This document shows, one piece after another, positions 28,401 through 38,663 of a stretch of DNA of 64,000 bases; within the stretch, counting starts at the first letter, position 1, and each line of letters opens with the position of its first letter. The DNA comes from an uncultured virus (IMG/VR IMGVR_UViG_3300030104_005222). Taxonomy: Duplodnaviria; Heunggongvirae; Uroviricota; Caudoviricetes. Location of the stretch: positions 1-64,000 of IMG/VR virus record IMGVR_UViG_3300030104_005222. One strand, given 5' to 3'. The notes below the pieces were generated by a model. The model had not been told where the DNA came from. It searched no databases and was given only the letters and a program-made list of their open reading frames with translations. The position numbers were made by a program, and so were the translations under genes.

Positions 28401-28687
28401 CAGAACCTGCGGCTCAACCGGCGTCTGCTTCGAGAGGTATGAACGTCGATGCGGGTGCGATGAAAGGCCTGGATAAAGCAGGTAAAATTTTGCGTGGGTT
28501 GTTTAAGAGGCGAAAGAAAAAGAAAACTGATGAACCAGAAGAAACGCCTGACACAACGAATGATGCTGCGTCGGACTCAACTGTGTCGATGGGTCAGACA
28601 CCGACGGGCAACGCAAAAATTTATGAGGCTCCTGATACTGACCCACTGAAGGATAAAGAAGATGACGACACAACCGAAATCGCTTGA
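25487..28687 (+). CDS. large putative internal virion protein (1066 aa)
   Basis: Helical, charged, located between the tail genes and the giant protein. Confidence 0.6.
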   Translation: MSNGLASGTLEGLKAARARYQTATMGGGTKSSFNIELGELEKEVIELIDKIEKGIATEADKRRAESVKNQLEYRSQELDFTAKMYESRSKNVRAQLDARTKILVARETAERRYNEKVRTTDSKLLVQVETKLGGMKGQDAVVAVFDSLIEPAVLAGEVDKPKIAPDDPKYGATLASIMSSLNRHNKANIFVIDPRTKLVDITKTKNNLSSPKLKITSDEEVGKIERWLQYYNASRRRRNLHEGDMARLIQESQRKVNAAGALLDAGDEDKAKILLNEFDELDQQRAALYSGFHSIKAKSDLDEIVAESRKRSGSLQSAKDLLTAIQTERGAGGLASYKRNIAKAIANPNFRAWAADYGWDRLGQVQRDADGNLDLTTYVQGGDDYAALLAWGKQSGRRAGNYGTKRIRTGEVLRVELRDGTIVTGARLKRHSADPLGAIRIVQPDGARLLLPEEVSQAIYLQRPTPDPTRIDRRAQRIYEKEKDQYMSLEVDALRRGDFEDRADLYQNEEGQFAVNEAGEYLNRTQVSELRSATYNASGYHVLRDDESKAMFVVAAEGNVFPMADDLSLGEQLTAEQAKVVLEKLPTSDTSRLLVPTDRGGYRSFTAAEMASAIQAGKMPKELQVFGYMEPEQKTTAAANMQLESEALTDSDLGLGFGDGPTGIDPTVLGKGQGETGIFFRDLVEGEDFPLPDEDPPETPVEQAVRETVEETLELKGSDKRVMDRFVTFSAADRATFPDLEAALDAQIAAGTREPPADYVAPRERLPPLQPGNRWQVDWRGAQRTAVLLPDGKIAIYSAADYEGDHAAAFEDMQRSPNERRVTGGEMALTSPEFPSGQGLIEQSGRRYEAPESTPKDERKEKREKKKEEAKTKQAADVAAEVTGDAPPPKTDDIAGSMSFVTQGLDAFIPGTTVDSSPRRGQDQSKPGDLDVGEVNVDLDKTIEAVQGVVRPKTAQPMSDDALDDLAADQAPEPAAQPASASRGMNVDAGAMKGLDKAGKILRGLFKRRKKKKTDEPEETPDTTNDAASDSTVSMGQTPTGNAKIYEAPDTDPLKDKEDDDTTEIA

Positions 28688-29174
28688 TGTCAAAAAAGGT
28701 CTGAACGACCAAGATGATGAAGTTCGTAATATTAAACCGGCGAAAGCTAAGGTTAAGCCAGACCAAAAAGATTTTGTGCAGCCCGAAGAGGCTAAAGCTA
28801 AAAATGCCTTGTCGCCTGAGGAAGCCAAAGCTGAGGACGCGGAGGCCCGAGCGGATTTGGTTGGTGAAGATCAAAAGAAAAAACGTAGTAAGCTGTCAAA
28901 ATTGTTTCGACCTAAAACGTCTGACGCTGAGTACACCAAAAAGGTCGCGGCTCGCAAGACACGAAAAACAAATAAACAAGTAGAAAGACAGAAGAAGTTT
29001 GTGAAGAACCAGCCACGTCTGAAGTCGATGGGAAAAATCTTAGCTCCACCATCATCAGACGGCTCAACTCAAGGTACTTCAGGTACTCGCTATTCTCCAG
29101 AGGGTGGTGCGACTGATCGTGCGTTTCAAAACATTATAAACACGCTGACAATGCGTAGATCGTCGGGGGGTTAA
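28662..29174 (+). CDS. Lys-rich hypothetical protein
   Basis: ORF filling the operon, short overlap with the previous gene. Confidence 0.5.
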   Translation: MTTQPKSLDVKKGLNDQDDEVRNIKPAKAKVKPDQKDFVQPEEAKAKNALSPEEAKAEDAEARADLVGEDQKKKRSKLSKLFRPKTSDAEYTKKVAARKTRKTNKQVERQKKFVKNQPRLKSMGKILAPPSSDGSTQGTSGTRYSPEGGATDRAFQNIINTLTMRRSSGG

Positions 29175-29175
29175 A

Positions 29176-29961
29176 ATGTCAATAGGTGCTGTAGCTTCGG
29201 GGGCCAAAGCAACCGCTGAAGTTCTTACGCAAGGTTCAACCCCGGCTGCTGGTTCAACCCCGGCTGCTGGTTCAACCCCGGCTGCTGGTTCAACCCCGGC
29301 TGCTGGTTCAACCCCGGCTGCTGATTCAACCTCGGTTAAAAAAGCTGGGACTAAATCATCGGGTCGCCCTAAAAGACAACCTGCGTCGGTTAGAAAACGT
29401 GACAGTTTAAGAGAGTTACCCTCGTTCCCTAAATTTGTTGAAGGTACGAGAGAGTCAGGTGGTCCAGTTGTTTTGGGTGATAGATTAGATCAAATCTTAC
29501 GACCCGTGAAAAGTTTTGCTTCTGATGCGAATGAAATATATAAACGTGGGGTTGAGTTTAATGTCGATTTGTATACGCCACTTGATTCGGGTCAACCTGG
29601 TTTTCCTGAACCGTTTTCTGCTTTTGATGAGTCAGGTAGACGTAAGTCAGAATCCAATACGGGTGTGTTTTTTGCGCCTGGTGTTACAGGCAAAGAATTT
29701 GAGGGTCAGGGTCCGCTTACAGATCAAGGACAAATTGATAAGATTAACGACGCGTTGGCTCGTGCGTCAGAGGATAGACAAGAGGCGGAAGATCGACTTT
29801 CAAACATGGAAAGAACGGGTGCTGACGCGGATAGAATTGCTCAGGGTCGTCGAGATTTGATTCAAGCCCAACAAGTGTATACTCAGTTAGTTAATATCAG
29901 AGACAAGACGCTACCGAAGCGACAACGATTGTTGGATCTGTACGGAAAGATGTCGCAGTAA
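29176..29961 (+). CDS. hypothetical protein with GSTPAA repeats
   Basis: 261 aa, in the operon. Confidence 0.6.
   Translation: MSIGAVASGAKATAEVLTQGSTPAAGSTPAAGSTPAAGSTPAAGSTPAADSTSVKKAGTKSSGRPKRQPASVRKRDSLRELPSFPKFVEGTRESGGPVVLGDRLDQILRPVKSFASDANEIYKRGVEFNVDLYTPLDSGQPGFPEPFSAFDESGRRKSESNTGVFFAPGVTGKEFEGQGPLTDQGQIDKINDALARASEDRQEAEDRLSNMERTGADADRIAQGRRDLIQAQQVYTQLVNIRDKTLPKRQRLLDLYGKMSQ
29233..29322 (+). repeat. 5 perfect tandem copies of the 18-bp unit GGTTCAACCCCGGCTGCT
   Basis: Read directly; a degenerate sixth copy follows. Confidence 0.95.
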
Positions 29962-29972
29962 CTGGAGTACCC

Positions 29973-32900
29973 GTGGCCGAAACTACCCCGCAACCTGAAT
30001 CAACTGAGCCACCTCAACCGTTTGAAGAAACGGAAGAGCAGAAAAAGAAGTTTGATAAGTTAAACACACAGTTAAACCTTACTTCTATTGGAATGATTTT
30101 TGCGGCTGAGCGTGATGCAGCATTGTCTATGGACGCTGATCAGGCTGAAGCAAAAATTAATCGCGGTGAGGCAATTGTTGATTTTGACGCGGCACTTAAG
30201 ATTGCGGAAAGAAAGACAGGTTTGACCCCGACTGAAACCGTTGAGGCTGCGACGTTTCAAAACATTCCGATTCAAGAAATGTTTGTGCGGATCACACAGG
30301 CGGGTGAGCCTGTTAGCGACGTCGTTAAGTCATATGAGGCCAAACGCGCGGAAGTTGGTCTGACACCTCAGCAACGTAGAGTAAAAAAACGTCAGTTTAG
30401 TATTGCGACACGTGGTATTCAGCGCATCGAGGCTGGCGAAAAAGAACTCGATCCGCAGATAAAAGAGCAAACCTTGACTCGTTTGCGTGGGATGTTTGAT
30501 CCTGAAAAGCAACCACCAAAAATTTATACTGGTGACGCCGCACTTGGCGAGGCTGAAGATGCTGTAATTAAAATGGGTCAGCCTGGGTACAATCGGATCG
30601 AAAAACTTGCGAATCGTATTACTGACCCCGAGATTGCAGACGACCCTGAAAGGGCTCAAATGCTGCGAGACATGTTGGCTGACCTGGGGCCACCTACTAC
30701 GGGTGCGATGGTCCGAGAAGCGGTCTCTGATAATGCGCTAAACGAAATGTTAGGCAAGCTATCCACGTATGATCTAAACAAGCAATCGACCGATAGGAAC
30801 ATCAAGCGGGGAACTAAAGAATACGAAGACCTTAAAAAGACGGTCTACAAGAACGCTTTATACGAAGCGACACTGCTGAAGACGGCGAATAAGTTTTTCC
30901 CTCCCATGTTTGTTTCGTACGACATGATTGACCCCTTGGGTAAGTTTTCTGACCCTGCGTCAGACAGGGACACATCGTGGATTAAAAAGATGGTCGATGC
31001 TGCCAGTGAGGTTCGTGTCGAGGTTGTCGGTCTTGATCGCAAGGGTAGCCCTATTTATCGGTTGACCCACCCCACGTGGCACGTTTTTGAGATGGCTGAT
31101 TCTGCGCAAGCTGCTGTTGCTGGTGTGGTTGAGCGTTTGGCTCGTGGTCCTGAAGATGAGCGCCTGGTGGATGCTTTTGCTGAGGGCGCTTTAGAGGGTG
31201 TTCGTAATCGACGGGATTTCCTCAAGGCCGCGATGTCGACTGAGATGGCCTCCAATAGCAAATTGGGTGCTGCGGCTGCTGGTTTTGGTGGATTTGCTGC
31301 GGCTATTCTTACTCCTGATCTTTTTATGGGTGCGGCAGCAGTTGCTCGGGCGACGAAAAAAGTTGCTGTTGCCGCAAAAAATGTACGTGCATTTAAGGCG
31401 ATGGCACCGGCATTGATTGATGAGCTTGGTGATGGCGCTGAGACGTTGGCAAAAGCTGAGCAGATCATTGGTGATGGTGTCGCCGACGCATTGAGTGCGG
31501 GGAACTATGACGAAGCGTTGAGACTTTTAGACGAAGCCAAAAAGTTTGCGTCTGATTCAGACAGGTTGATTAGTCAAGCACGTAATACCAGCGAAGATAT
31601 GGTTCGTGTTGTGGATCAACTAGACCAAGATATTGCTCGTAGACTAACGGACGAAATACCTGAAATGGGTATTGTTGAAGGTCGACGATTGGCGGCTAAG
31701 ATTCCAGGTGCTTTTGGGGCTACGGCGGAAAATTTGCACCCCAGTGTCCGTCGGGTTGAGTTGCGTGGATCTACGTTGGATCAACCTGTACCGTTTCCTG
31801 AGTTGTTCAACACACGGATGTCGATTGAGCACCTGCAGGATTCGATTCGATTACTGAAAAAGGGTGACATTAACGAGCAGTTTCTTATCGCCTACGTAGA
31901 TGAAGCCAATAAATTTAGCTCTTCGTTAGCGTCACTTATGTCCGACGCAAAAGTTGGTACGCAGACCGCAGGGTTGTCTGCTACTCAAAGACAAGCCTCA
32001 GTGGACTTGATTAATTACCTGACACGATACGAATCAACGCGTTTACTAAGAGACGATCCGAATGCGTGGGCGAGTAAAGTAAAACGCCTCGCTGCAAATT
32101 TACCGTTTGATCCAGATGATTTAGCGGCAAATCGTAAATTTTTATCCGGGTTAGACAAAGCGATTACGGAAACGTTAGCGTCAACGAAATCATTGAAGTC
32201 TAAGTTGAAGACTACGGTCACGATAGCTGACGCAACTGAGGCTACAGCAAAGGCGACTAAAGCCTTGCGGGGTCAGTTCGAGTCTCGTGCCGCTGCTATG
32301 GCGTTTGTACGAGAGAAAGTAGCTAAGCAGGCAAACATTGAGGTCGATCCTTTGCTTGTTCCGTTGACCGAAAAGCATAAAGCGATTGGTCGAGAGGGTT
32401 TATCTCCCGAGGGGCTTAGCTTTTTACGTCAGATTGAAATCGCCGTTCCTGGCCTTAAGGGTGATGACGCATTGCGCATCATTAAAATCGAGGATCAGAA
32501 AGCTCGTAAGTGGGCCAAGACAAATAACAGCACTGTAGGTAAGTACTATGAAGAGCAGTTTCGACTCTCAAATGTGGTCGAGGGTCCTACTACGGCTACT
32601 AAGCCACCCCCAACACCGACTACACCAACTCCTTCTCCTGCACCAACTCCAGCACCAAAACCACCACCAACGGCAGGACCGAAGCCTACCGCCCCTACGC
32701 CGACGCCTAAGCCTTCAACACCTGCGCCGAAGCCTGCTCCACCTGAACCACCAACGCAGGTACCTTTACCTACTACTTCTGTTTCTCAGGGTTCCAATAA
32801 AGCGGCGTTAGGCTTAGTTGACGACATCATAAAAACGGCGCAAAGAATTGATAGCCCCGGTGCTTCGGAACTTGCCTTTCGTTTAGGTCGTGAGAAAAAA

Positions 32901-35900
32901 CGACTGAGTAGTTTGCCGATAAATGAAATTGGTCCTGCTGTTGCTGGTTTGGTACAAAAACGACTTGTGGGTCAATATGGTAAGGGTGATTCAGTCGAAG
33001 TTGTTTTAGGCAGTCTTGACGACACAGGTGAGTTGGTAAGTAAACTTCGTCAGCTTCAGGACCTTGGAACACAACGAGCACCAACAAGTACTCGCGGCGC
33101 GTTTGAAGGTCCTGTAGGTAGTGCGCCGAAGCGCGTTGAGTTGGATGGTGTTGCTCCCAAGGATTCGATAATCGATGGGAAGACGCCTCTTGAGCGACGA
33201 CTCGAACCGAATGAAGTGCACAGATACGACATAATCAGATCACAACCACCGGAACCAGGTCTTAGCTCTGAAGTCTTATTTAACCATCTTATTGGAGTTG
33301 ATGACGGAATTGAGGTTCTTGAATTTTTGTTGCGTCATGGTGAGTTAGATTCAACACGCGCAATCGCGAAAAGAATTTTACCTGTTTTGAAGCGTGAGTT
33401 TAAAGACGAAAAACTCAACTTCAAAATTGTTCACGGGTCTAATTTTCGTCGTGGTGTACGCGGAGATTATACAGATGCTACAGGCTCAGTAAGAATTCGC
33501 GGCGAAAATATTTTTAGTCGTACAGATGATCGATTCCCTGATCTAACTGACACTGGTTTGAATGAGGGGACGATTTTACATGAACTAATTCATGCGGCGA
33601 CGGTACGTTACATTCGAGGAAATCCTAGTTCAAAAGAAGTTAAAGCACTAAAAAGTTTAAGTGGTGAAATCAAAGCTGGACTACAAAAGCTCCTGGATGA
33701 CACACCCGATTTACCTTTAGACGGTAGTGCTGAAAGAGCTTTACTTGCTGAACAACGAAAAGATCTTGTCCATCGATTAGGTAAGTGGGACAGTTACTTC
33801 GGTACGCCAGTTGAAATGGTGACCTTTACACTGACGAACCCTAAATTCCAAGAAATGTTGCGGACCATTAAGGTTACACCGAAACAAAGTTTGTGGAACA
33901 AGTTTACTCGAAAAATTGCTAACATTTTTGGTATCAAAGCAGGTGACGAAGAGTCTGCTTTTGCTCAAGCAATTGTTGCGACGGAAGACATTATTCGTGC
34001 GTCTTCTAAGCAATTTGATCGCCCCCTAAGAGAGTCTTTATTCGAACTAACAGCAACTCAAAAGCTTAGAAACACCAACATATTCCGTTATGGTGCGTCA
34101 ACCGAAGGTTTAAACAACGGTAACTTTATCGAGGTAGAGATAGTCACCCCAACACGAGGGGCGTCCTACCGGAGTAGACTTGGCCCCAGAGAAATGCGCG
34201 TCAGGAGTATTGAGCTTTCAGATGATGTTAAAAATACTGGTTTGGGTACGGAAATATATATTCGGGCTTTGCGCAAGGCTCAAAATGAGGGTGCGGCTTT
34301 TGTCAGCGATGTAGGTCCGAGCCCTGATGCTTTACGGGTTTACGGTACGCTTGAAAGGTACGGGATTAAATTCCGTCGTCGTGGCGTTCCTTCGGGAATG
34401 ACGGCTGAAATTTCAGACCAGTTGTTTATTACTGCTGACGATCTGAAACGGATTGACCTTCAAGATGTGTTGAATCAACATGTCGCACGAAAGACTCCAT
34501 CGGATGCAGTGTTTTCTATGGTGCCGAATGTGGCATCTAATCGAGTCGTAGTTGAGCGATTAGACGACGGTCGAATCTTTTTGCGGGCACTGACAGATAC
34601 TGCAACTGCTGATGACTTTATTCGTGCCCTTGGCTCCGCTTCTCGCCGTAATCTTGATGAGTCCGACATGAAAGCTCTCGTAGCTTGGTTGGGCACTAAG
34701 GGCGTTAAGGTCAGTCACAATGGTGCCGTGTTTACCGCCAAAGATCCAGCGACCATTGAGCGTGCGGAAGACGAGTTTGCAAGTGCGTATTTAACTTACG
34801 TTCGATCTGGCCGGGCGGATAAACCAGAAATTAAAGGCGCGCTGAACAAAGCCTCTGAGTGGTTGAAGGATACATATGCGGCTGCGACGGGTCGAAGTGT
34901 TGGTGGCCCACCTCCTGGTATGGATCCTACATTGACGAAAACGCTCGACAAGATGCTACGTCGTCCGTCAGATCAAGTTTCGTTACCCAACATTTTTAAA
35001 ATTACGAAAGACGCTTTGTTTTCTACCAGCGTCAAGGGTACTGAAATCGACGTCGGTCAAGAGATTCTGCGCGTGACATATCGTCTGGGCTATCCAATGG
35101 CAGAAGACGACCTTTCAAAGCAGATGACTAAAGCGGCAAAACTGTACTCTGAAGGCAAAAAAGATCAGGCAGTAATCAAACTCCCTGGCCCAGTTTCATT
35201 CGGCGGTCGGTCAGCAAAAGATGAGTATTCGTTAGACGAGATCATTAAGATTCAAAGTGAGCTTGAGTCAGCAAAACTTTTGGACATGTCAGACACTTCT
35301 TTGTTGCCGCTGGGCGGGGCTCATCGAGGTGTGGGTGAGAGGAACGCGTCGGAAATTGTGGAGCAGATCGTTCACGGTAGTCGGGCTGGTGGCGTATTCA
35401 AAAGCCTTTACTTGGGTGGCGATGCGTATGCCGACATGAGAAGTTTGCCCTTGATTGTTCGTGAAGCAATTCAGGGTGGTGCTCGAAAGGTGCAGCAGGC
35501 TGTGGGTGAGACGATCACGTTGGTTACAGAGAAAGACGTCACCAACCTCATGCACTACCTGACGGGTAAGGCAGCTATTCAGTTTGCTAAGGGTGGTCGG
35601 TCGGCTGTGAGTGCTGGTCATGACTCTATGGGTGATGTTGTCGATAGTTTACGTAAGTACTTTGAAGCGGTGGCAAGCACCCCTGAAGGTGAGCGTAAGT
35701 TAGAAATCGTTTCGGACTTTTGTCAATTGGTGCGTGAGCGGGGTAGCAGCGCCAAAGCTATTACTGAGATTAAAAACCGTGGATATGACCAAGAAGAATT
35801 AATGGCCGCGTTTAGTGAGATTGTGCGTGGCAAGAAAGCAAATCGGTTTTTGCGCGAGACATTCCAGGCCGCAGGATTCAAAGCTGACGATGAGGCCCGC

Positions 35901-38585
35901 TTGTTACCGGAGTACTTTACTCAAGCGCGGTATGGTTCGTCCGGAACACAAGATGCTGGTGGTCTGCTCGAAACGATGCTGTACTACGCAGATCGTGTAC
36001 CACGAGAATACAAAGGTAAGGGTCAACTGTTCTCTGAGCGATTGGCCGCAGAGGGTATGGATGCCCAGCGATCTGAAGCAACATTCTTGCGATTGTACGA
36101 AGATCTGAACACAGTATTTAAAGACGACTCAAACGTTTCTAACCGCGTGGCTATTTTGATCGCGGCTCATGGTCACGCAAACAAGGCTAAAATGGAATGG
36201 GTCGGCATGGGTATCGCTGCCGACGAAAAGCTCAACAAGAGTATCAACCGATATTTCTTAGGTGAGTTTGTTGCCGATGAAGACATTGCTCAGGTAAAAC
36301 GATTCTTCGAAAACATGGGTTACAACCCGAATATGGTTGAAGCTTTTGACCTTTACGGACAAAAGATGTTTATTCCTGCCCAAGCTCGTAAGCGTTTGTC
36401 GATGGCGTTGGATCAAGCAATGGACCCTGCAATTCGTAAGCAGGTGGGTGGAGACTTGTGGGACGCGTTAGCCGAGCCAGAAAACATTATACGCGCTGGT
36501 GTATCTGGTAAGAATGAGTCGGCAAAAATGACTGCGGCGTTGTTTTACCGCTACCTTAAAACACGAATGGTTCGGGGTCACTACATCCTTAAGGCCAAGT
36601 ATTTTTGGATGAACACATTCGATCACTTTAATCAAACTGCACTACGTTGCGGGTACAGCACAGCGTTGGTATCTACGACACGCATGGTTTCTCAGAACCT
36701 GTTGTCTAACAATATCGGTCAAGCGTTTGTTGCTGCCGCACGCATGATGGGCCGTGGTCAGAGTGTTGAGGATGTTCGTCGGGTACTTCAAAGCTTTGGT
36801 GACGAGGGCGCAAAATGGGCGGGCAAACTGACCCGATCGTCGAAATGGCACATTAGCGTCAACGATGTTTTGCGGGGTGGCGACACGATTATTATGGTCG
36901 GTGGTCGACCCTACAAAGCAAACGATTTGCGTCAGCAGTTTTTGGAAGCTGGTATTTTTGCCTCGTTTGATACGAGTCAATTGGGTACGAAAATTCAAAA
37001 CGTCGGCAACTTGTTCCTGGACGAGGTTGCGAAAAGCACTTCAGGTAAGACCCGCAAGATGTTTAAAGACATCAAAGATGACATTAAAGGGGCATCAGAA
37101 GATATTGCTGAGGCGTGGTCGGAGCGCGAGCGTTTGGGATTGGCGATAACCTTAATGGAGAAAGGTCTCGATCCTCGTACAGCGGCTCGGCTTACGATTG
37201 ATGCGCTTTACGATTACGCAGGTAGCATGTCTAAGGGGGATCGAAACTTCCTCTTGAACCTCTTCTTCCCTTTCTGGGCTTTCCAGAAGAACGCAAACCG
37301 CCATATTTTCGATACGATTTTTAGTCCTGAAGGAGCGTACCGTTTAGGCGTAATGCGCAGGTTCCATGACAAGGGGTCGGATGTAGCAAGTGAGTTGGCG
37401 TACTTAGCTTCGGTAGATGAAAACGGTGTCGATGTTGATGCATTGCCTCCTGATCTCAGGCAAAGCTACTTTGCACTTAAAAAGCAAGTGTACGAAAGAC
37501 TAAGTGTCGACGGTCAGGTGCCGCCATTAGTGCGCCATGAGCTTCGTATGTTTATTTCAGGTTCGCTTTATGGCTACCATGGCGGTCAATTATTGGAGTC
37601 AACAACACCATTAAGTGACGAGATTTCGGCCATAGCGGACGATCTACGGGACGAAAAGACTGGCGAGAGAATGCCGATTGATCGTCGCGCTCTTGCGTCT
37701 TACTACGTACCAAGAACAGATCGATCATCTTTGCCCGGTTACTATCGCGACCGCATATCGTTGCGGTTCCCGTACACGCCGTCAGACTACGAAGAGACTG
37801 TTCGCGATCCTGCTGTGCCAGGAGAGTTTAACGACACGATGAAAACGTGGTTGGATCTATACCGCGCGAGGAATGTCGATGCCCCATACGTGGGTCTGTT
37901 TATACCTGAGGCAACTTATGTCGCGGCGTTCAACCACATGACCTATTTGACGTCTTCGATGATTATGACAATGCAAAAAATCGAAGACATGGGTGACAGT
38001 TGGTGGTCCGATGAAGATGATGGCTCAGACGCGATCAATCCGTACACAGGTTTGTTGGCCTTGGCTACACCAGAACGAGCGCCAATTTTGTCTGACCTCC
38101 AAGCTGAATTAGGTCTCGGCGGTAATCAAGTGCCGCGAAAAATGGCGTTCGCAATGGTTTACACGGCTCAAATGTTCAACATGGATATTCTTGAGATCGA
38201 TGAAAAAGACGATCCTTTTGACGTATTGAATAAAATGCAGCGAGCCAAAGACGAGGGTGAGGAATTTGAGTTGCCGCTTTTGGGTACCGACAAGAAGATC
38301 AAACCCGGTATGCGGTATTACTTAATGCCGGGTGTGGCTCAAGCGGCTTTCGTTAACAGTCCGTTTGGTGAAATGAACGATCTTTTGTTAAAGTTAGAAA
38401 GAACTGCACCGGAAAAAGCTGCGGGCTTACAGGGTCGATTGCAGCAAGTTGCTCGTGGACTTACTGGACTTGAGATTAAGGATGTCTCAAGAAGTAAGAG
38501 TGCGGCACAAGAAATGTTCCGCGCCAGAAAGGAAACCCCACAAAAAGTAATCAAGAAAGCACAATCGAGGGAAAAACTCAAATAG
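29973..38585 (+). CDS. giant internal virion / polyvalent protein (2870 aa) with zincin metallopeptidase and GNAT-like domains
   Basis: ILHELIHAAT (HExxH), KNTGLGTEIY GNAT motif A, C-terminal YDY...FFPFW. Confidence 0.75.
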   Translation: MAETTPQPESTEPPQPFEETEEQKKKFDKLNTQLNLTSIGMIFAAERDAALSMDADQAEAKINRGEAIVDFDAALKIAERKTGLTPTETVEAATFQNIPIQEMFVRITQAGEPVSDVVKSYEAKRAEVGLTPQQRRVKKRQFSIATRGIQRIEAGEKELDPQIKEQTLTRLRGMFDPEKQPPKIYTGDAALGEAEDAVIKMGQPGYNRIEKLANRITDPEIADDPERAQMLRDMLADLGPPTTGAMVREAVSDNALNEMLGKLSTYDLNKQSTDRNIKRGTKEYEDLKKTVYKNALYEATLLKTANKFFPPMFVSYDMIDPLGKFSDPASDRDTSWIKKMVDAASEVRVEVVGLDRKGSPIYRLTHPTWHVFEMADSAQAAVAGVVERLARGPEDERLVDAFAEGALEGVRNRRDFLKAAMSTEMASNSKLGAAAAGFGGFAAAILTPDLFMGAAAVARATKKVAVAAKNVRAFKAMAPALIDELGDGAETLAKAEQIIGDGVADALSAGNYDEALRLLDEAKKFASDSDRLISQARNTSEDMVRVVDQLDQDIARRLTDEIPEMGIVEGRRLAAKIPGAFGATAENLHPSVRRVELRGSTLDQPVPFPELFNTRMSIEHLQDSIRLLKKGDINEQFLIAYVDEANKFSSSLASLMSDAKVGTQTAGLSATQRQASVDLINYLTRYESTRLLRDDPNAWASKVKRLAANLPFDPDDLAANRKFLSGLDKAITETLASTKSLKSKLKTTVTIADATEATAKATKALRGQFESRAAAMAFVREKVAKQANIEVDPLLVPLTEKHKAIGREGLSPEGLSFLRQIEIAVPGLKGDDALRIIKIEDQKARKWAKTNNSTVGKYYEEQFRLSNVVEGPTTATKPPPTPTTPTPSPAPTPAPKPPPTAGPKPTAPTPTPKPSTPAPKPAPPEPPTQVPLPTTSVSQGSNKAALGLVDDIIKTAQRIDSPGASELAFRLGREKKRLSSLPINEIGPAVAGLVQKRLVGQYGKGDSVEVVLGSLDDTGELVSKLRQLQDLGTQRAPTSTRGAFEGPVGSAPKRVELDGVAPKDSIIDGKTPLERRLEPNEVHRYDIIRSQPPEPGLSSEVLFNHLIGVDDGIEVLEFLLRHGELDSTRAIAKRILPVLKREFKDEKLNFKIVHGSNFRRGVRGDYTDATGSVRIRGENIFSRTDDRFPDLTDTGLNEGTILHELIHAATVRYIRGNPSSKEVKALKSLSGEIKAGLQKLLDDTPDLPLDGSAERALLAEQRKDLVHRLGKWDSYFGTPVEMVTFTLTNPKFQEMLRTIKVTPKQSLWNKFTRKIANIFGIKAGDEESAFAQAIVATEDIIRASSKQFDRPLRESLFELTATQKLRNTNIFRYGASTEGLNNGNFIEVEIVTPTRGASYRSRLGPREMRVRSIELSDDVKNTGLGTEIYIRALRKAQNEGAAFVSDVGPSPDALRVYGTLERYGIKFRRRGVPSGMTAEISDQLFITADDLKRIDLQDVLNQHVARKTPSDAVFSMVPNVASNRVVVERLDDGRIFLRALTDTATADDFIRALGSASRRNLDESDMKALVAWLGTKGVKVSHNGAVFTAKDPATIERAEDEFASAYLTYVRSGRADKPEIKGALNKASEWLKDTYAAATGRSVGGPPPGMDPTLTKTLDKMLRRPSDQVSLPNIFKITKDALFSTSVKGTEIDVGQEILRVTYRLGYPMAEDDLSKQMTKAAKLYSEGKKDQAVIKLPGPVSFGGRSAKDEYSLDEIIKIQSELESAKLLDMSDTSLLPLGGAHRGVGERNASEIVEQIVHGSRAGGVFKSLYLGGDAYADMRSLPLIVREAIQGGARKVQQAVGETITLVTEKDVTNLMHYLTGKAAIQFAKGGRSAVSAGHDSMGDVVDSLRKYFEAVASTPEGERKLEIVSDFCQLVRERGSSAKAITEIKNRGYDQEELMAAFSEIVRGKKANRFLRETFQAAGFKADDEARLLPEYFTQARYGSSGTQDAGGLLETMLYYADRVPREYKGKGQLFSERLAAEGMDAQRSEATFLRLYEDLNTVFKDDSNVSNRVAILIAAHGHANKAKMEWVGMGIAADEKLNKSINRYFLGEFVADEDIAQVKRFFENMGYNPNMVEAFDLYGQKMFIPAQARKRLSMALDQAMDPAIRKQVGGDLWDALAEPENIIRAGVSGKNESAKMTAALFYRYLKTRMVRGHYILKAKYFWMNTFDHFNQTALRCGYSTALVSTTRMVSQNLLSNNIGQAFVAAARMMGRGQSVEDVRRVLQSFGDEGAKWAGKLTRSSKWHISVNDVLRGGDTIIMVGGRPYKANDLRQQFLEAGIFASFDTSQLGTKIQNVGNLFLDEVAKSTSGKTRKMFKDIKDDIKGASEDIAEAWSERERLGLAITLMEKGLDPRTAARLTIDALYDYAGSMSKGDRNFLLNLFFPFWAFQKNANRHIFDTIFSPEGAYRLGVMRRFHDKGSDVASELAYLASVDENGVDVDALPPDLRQSYFALKKQVYERLSVDGQVPPLVRHELRMFISGSLYGYHGGQLLESTTPLSDEISAIADDLRDEKTGERMPIDRRALASYYVPRTDRSSLPGYYRDRISLRFPYTPSDYEETVRDPAVPGEFNDTMKTWLDLYRARNVDAPYVGLFIPEATYVAAFNHMTYLTSSMIMTMQKIEDMGDSWWSDEDDGSDAINPYTGLLALATPERAPILSDLQAELGLGGNQVPRKMAFAMVYTAQMFNMDILEIDEKDDPFDVLNKMQRAKDEGEEFELPLLGTDKKIKPGMRYYLMPGVAQAAFVNSPFGEMNDLLLKLERTAPEKAAGLQGRLQQVARGLTGLEIKDVSRSKSAAQEMFRARKETPQKVIKKAQSREKLK

Positions 38586-38663
38586 CTTTAATTCAGGTAC
38601 ATATACTATGTGTTACCGTTTTAATGTTACAATAGCCGCAGATTTTGCGTCAGGAGCTTTAGG

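Noticed and set aside
29233..29322. Possible CRISPR array
   Set aside because: Repeats are contiguous with no spacers and lie in frame in a CDS
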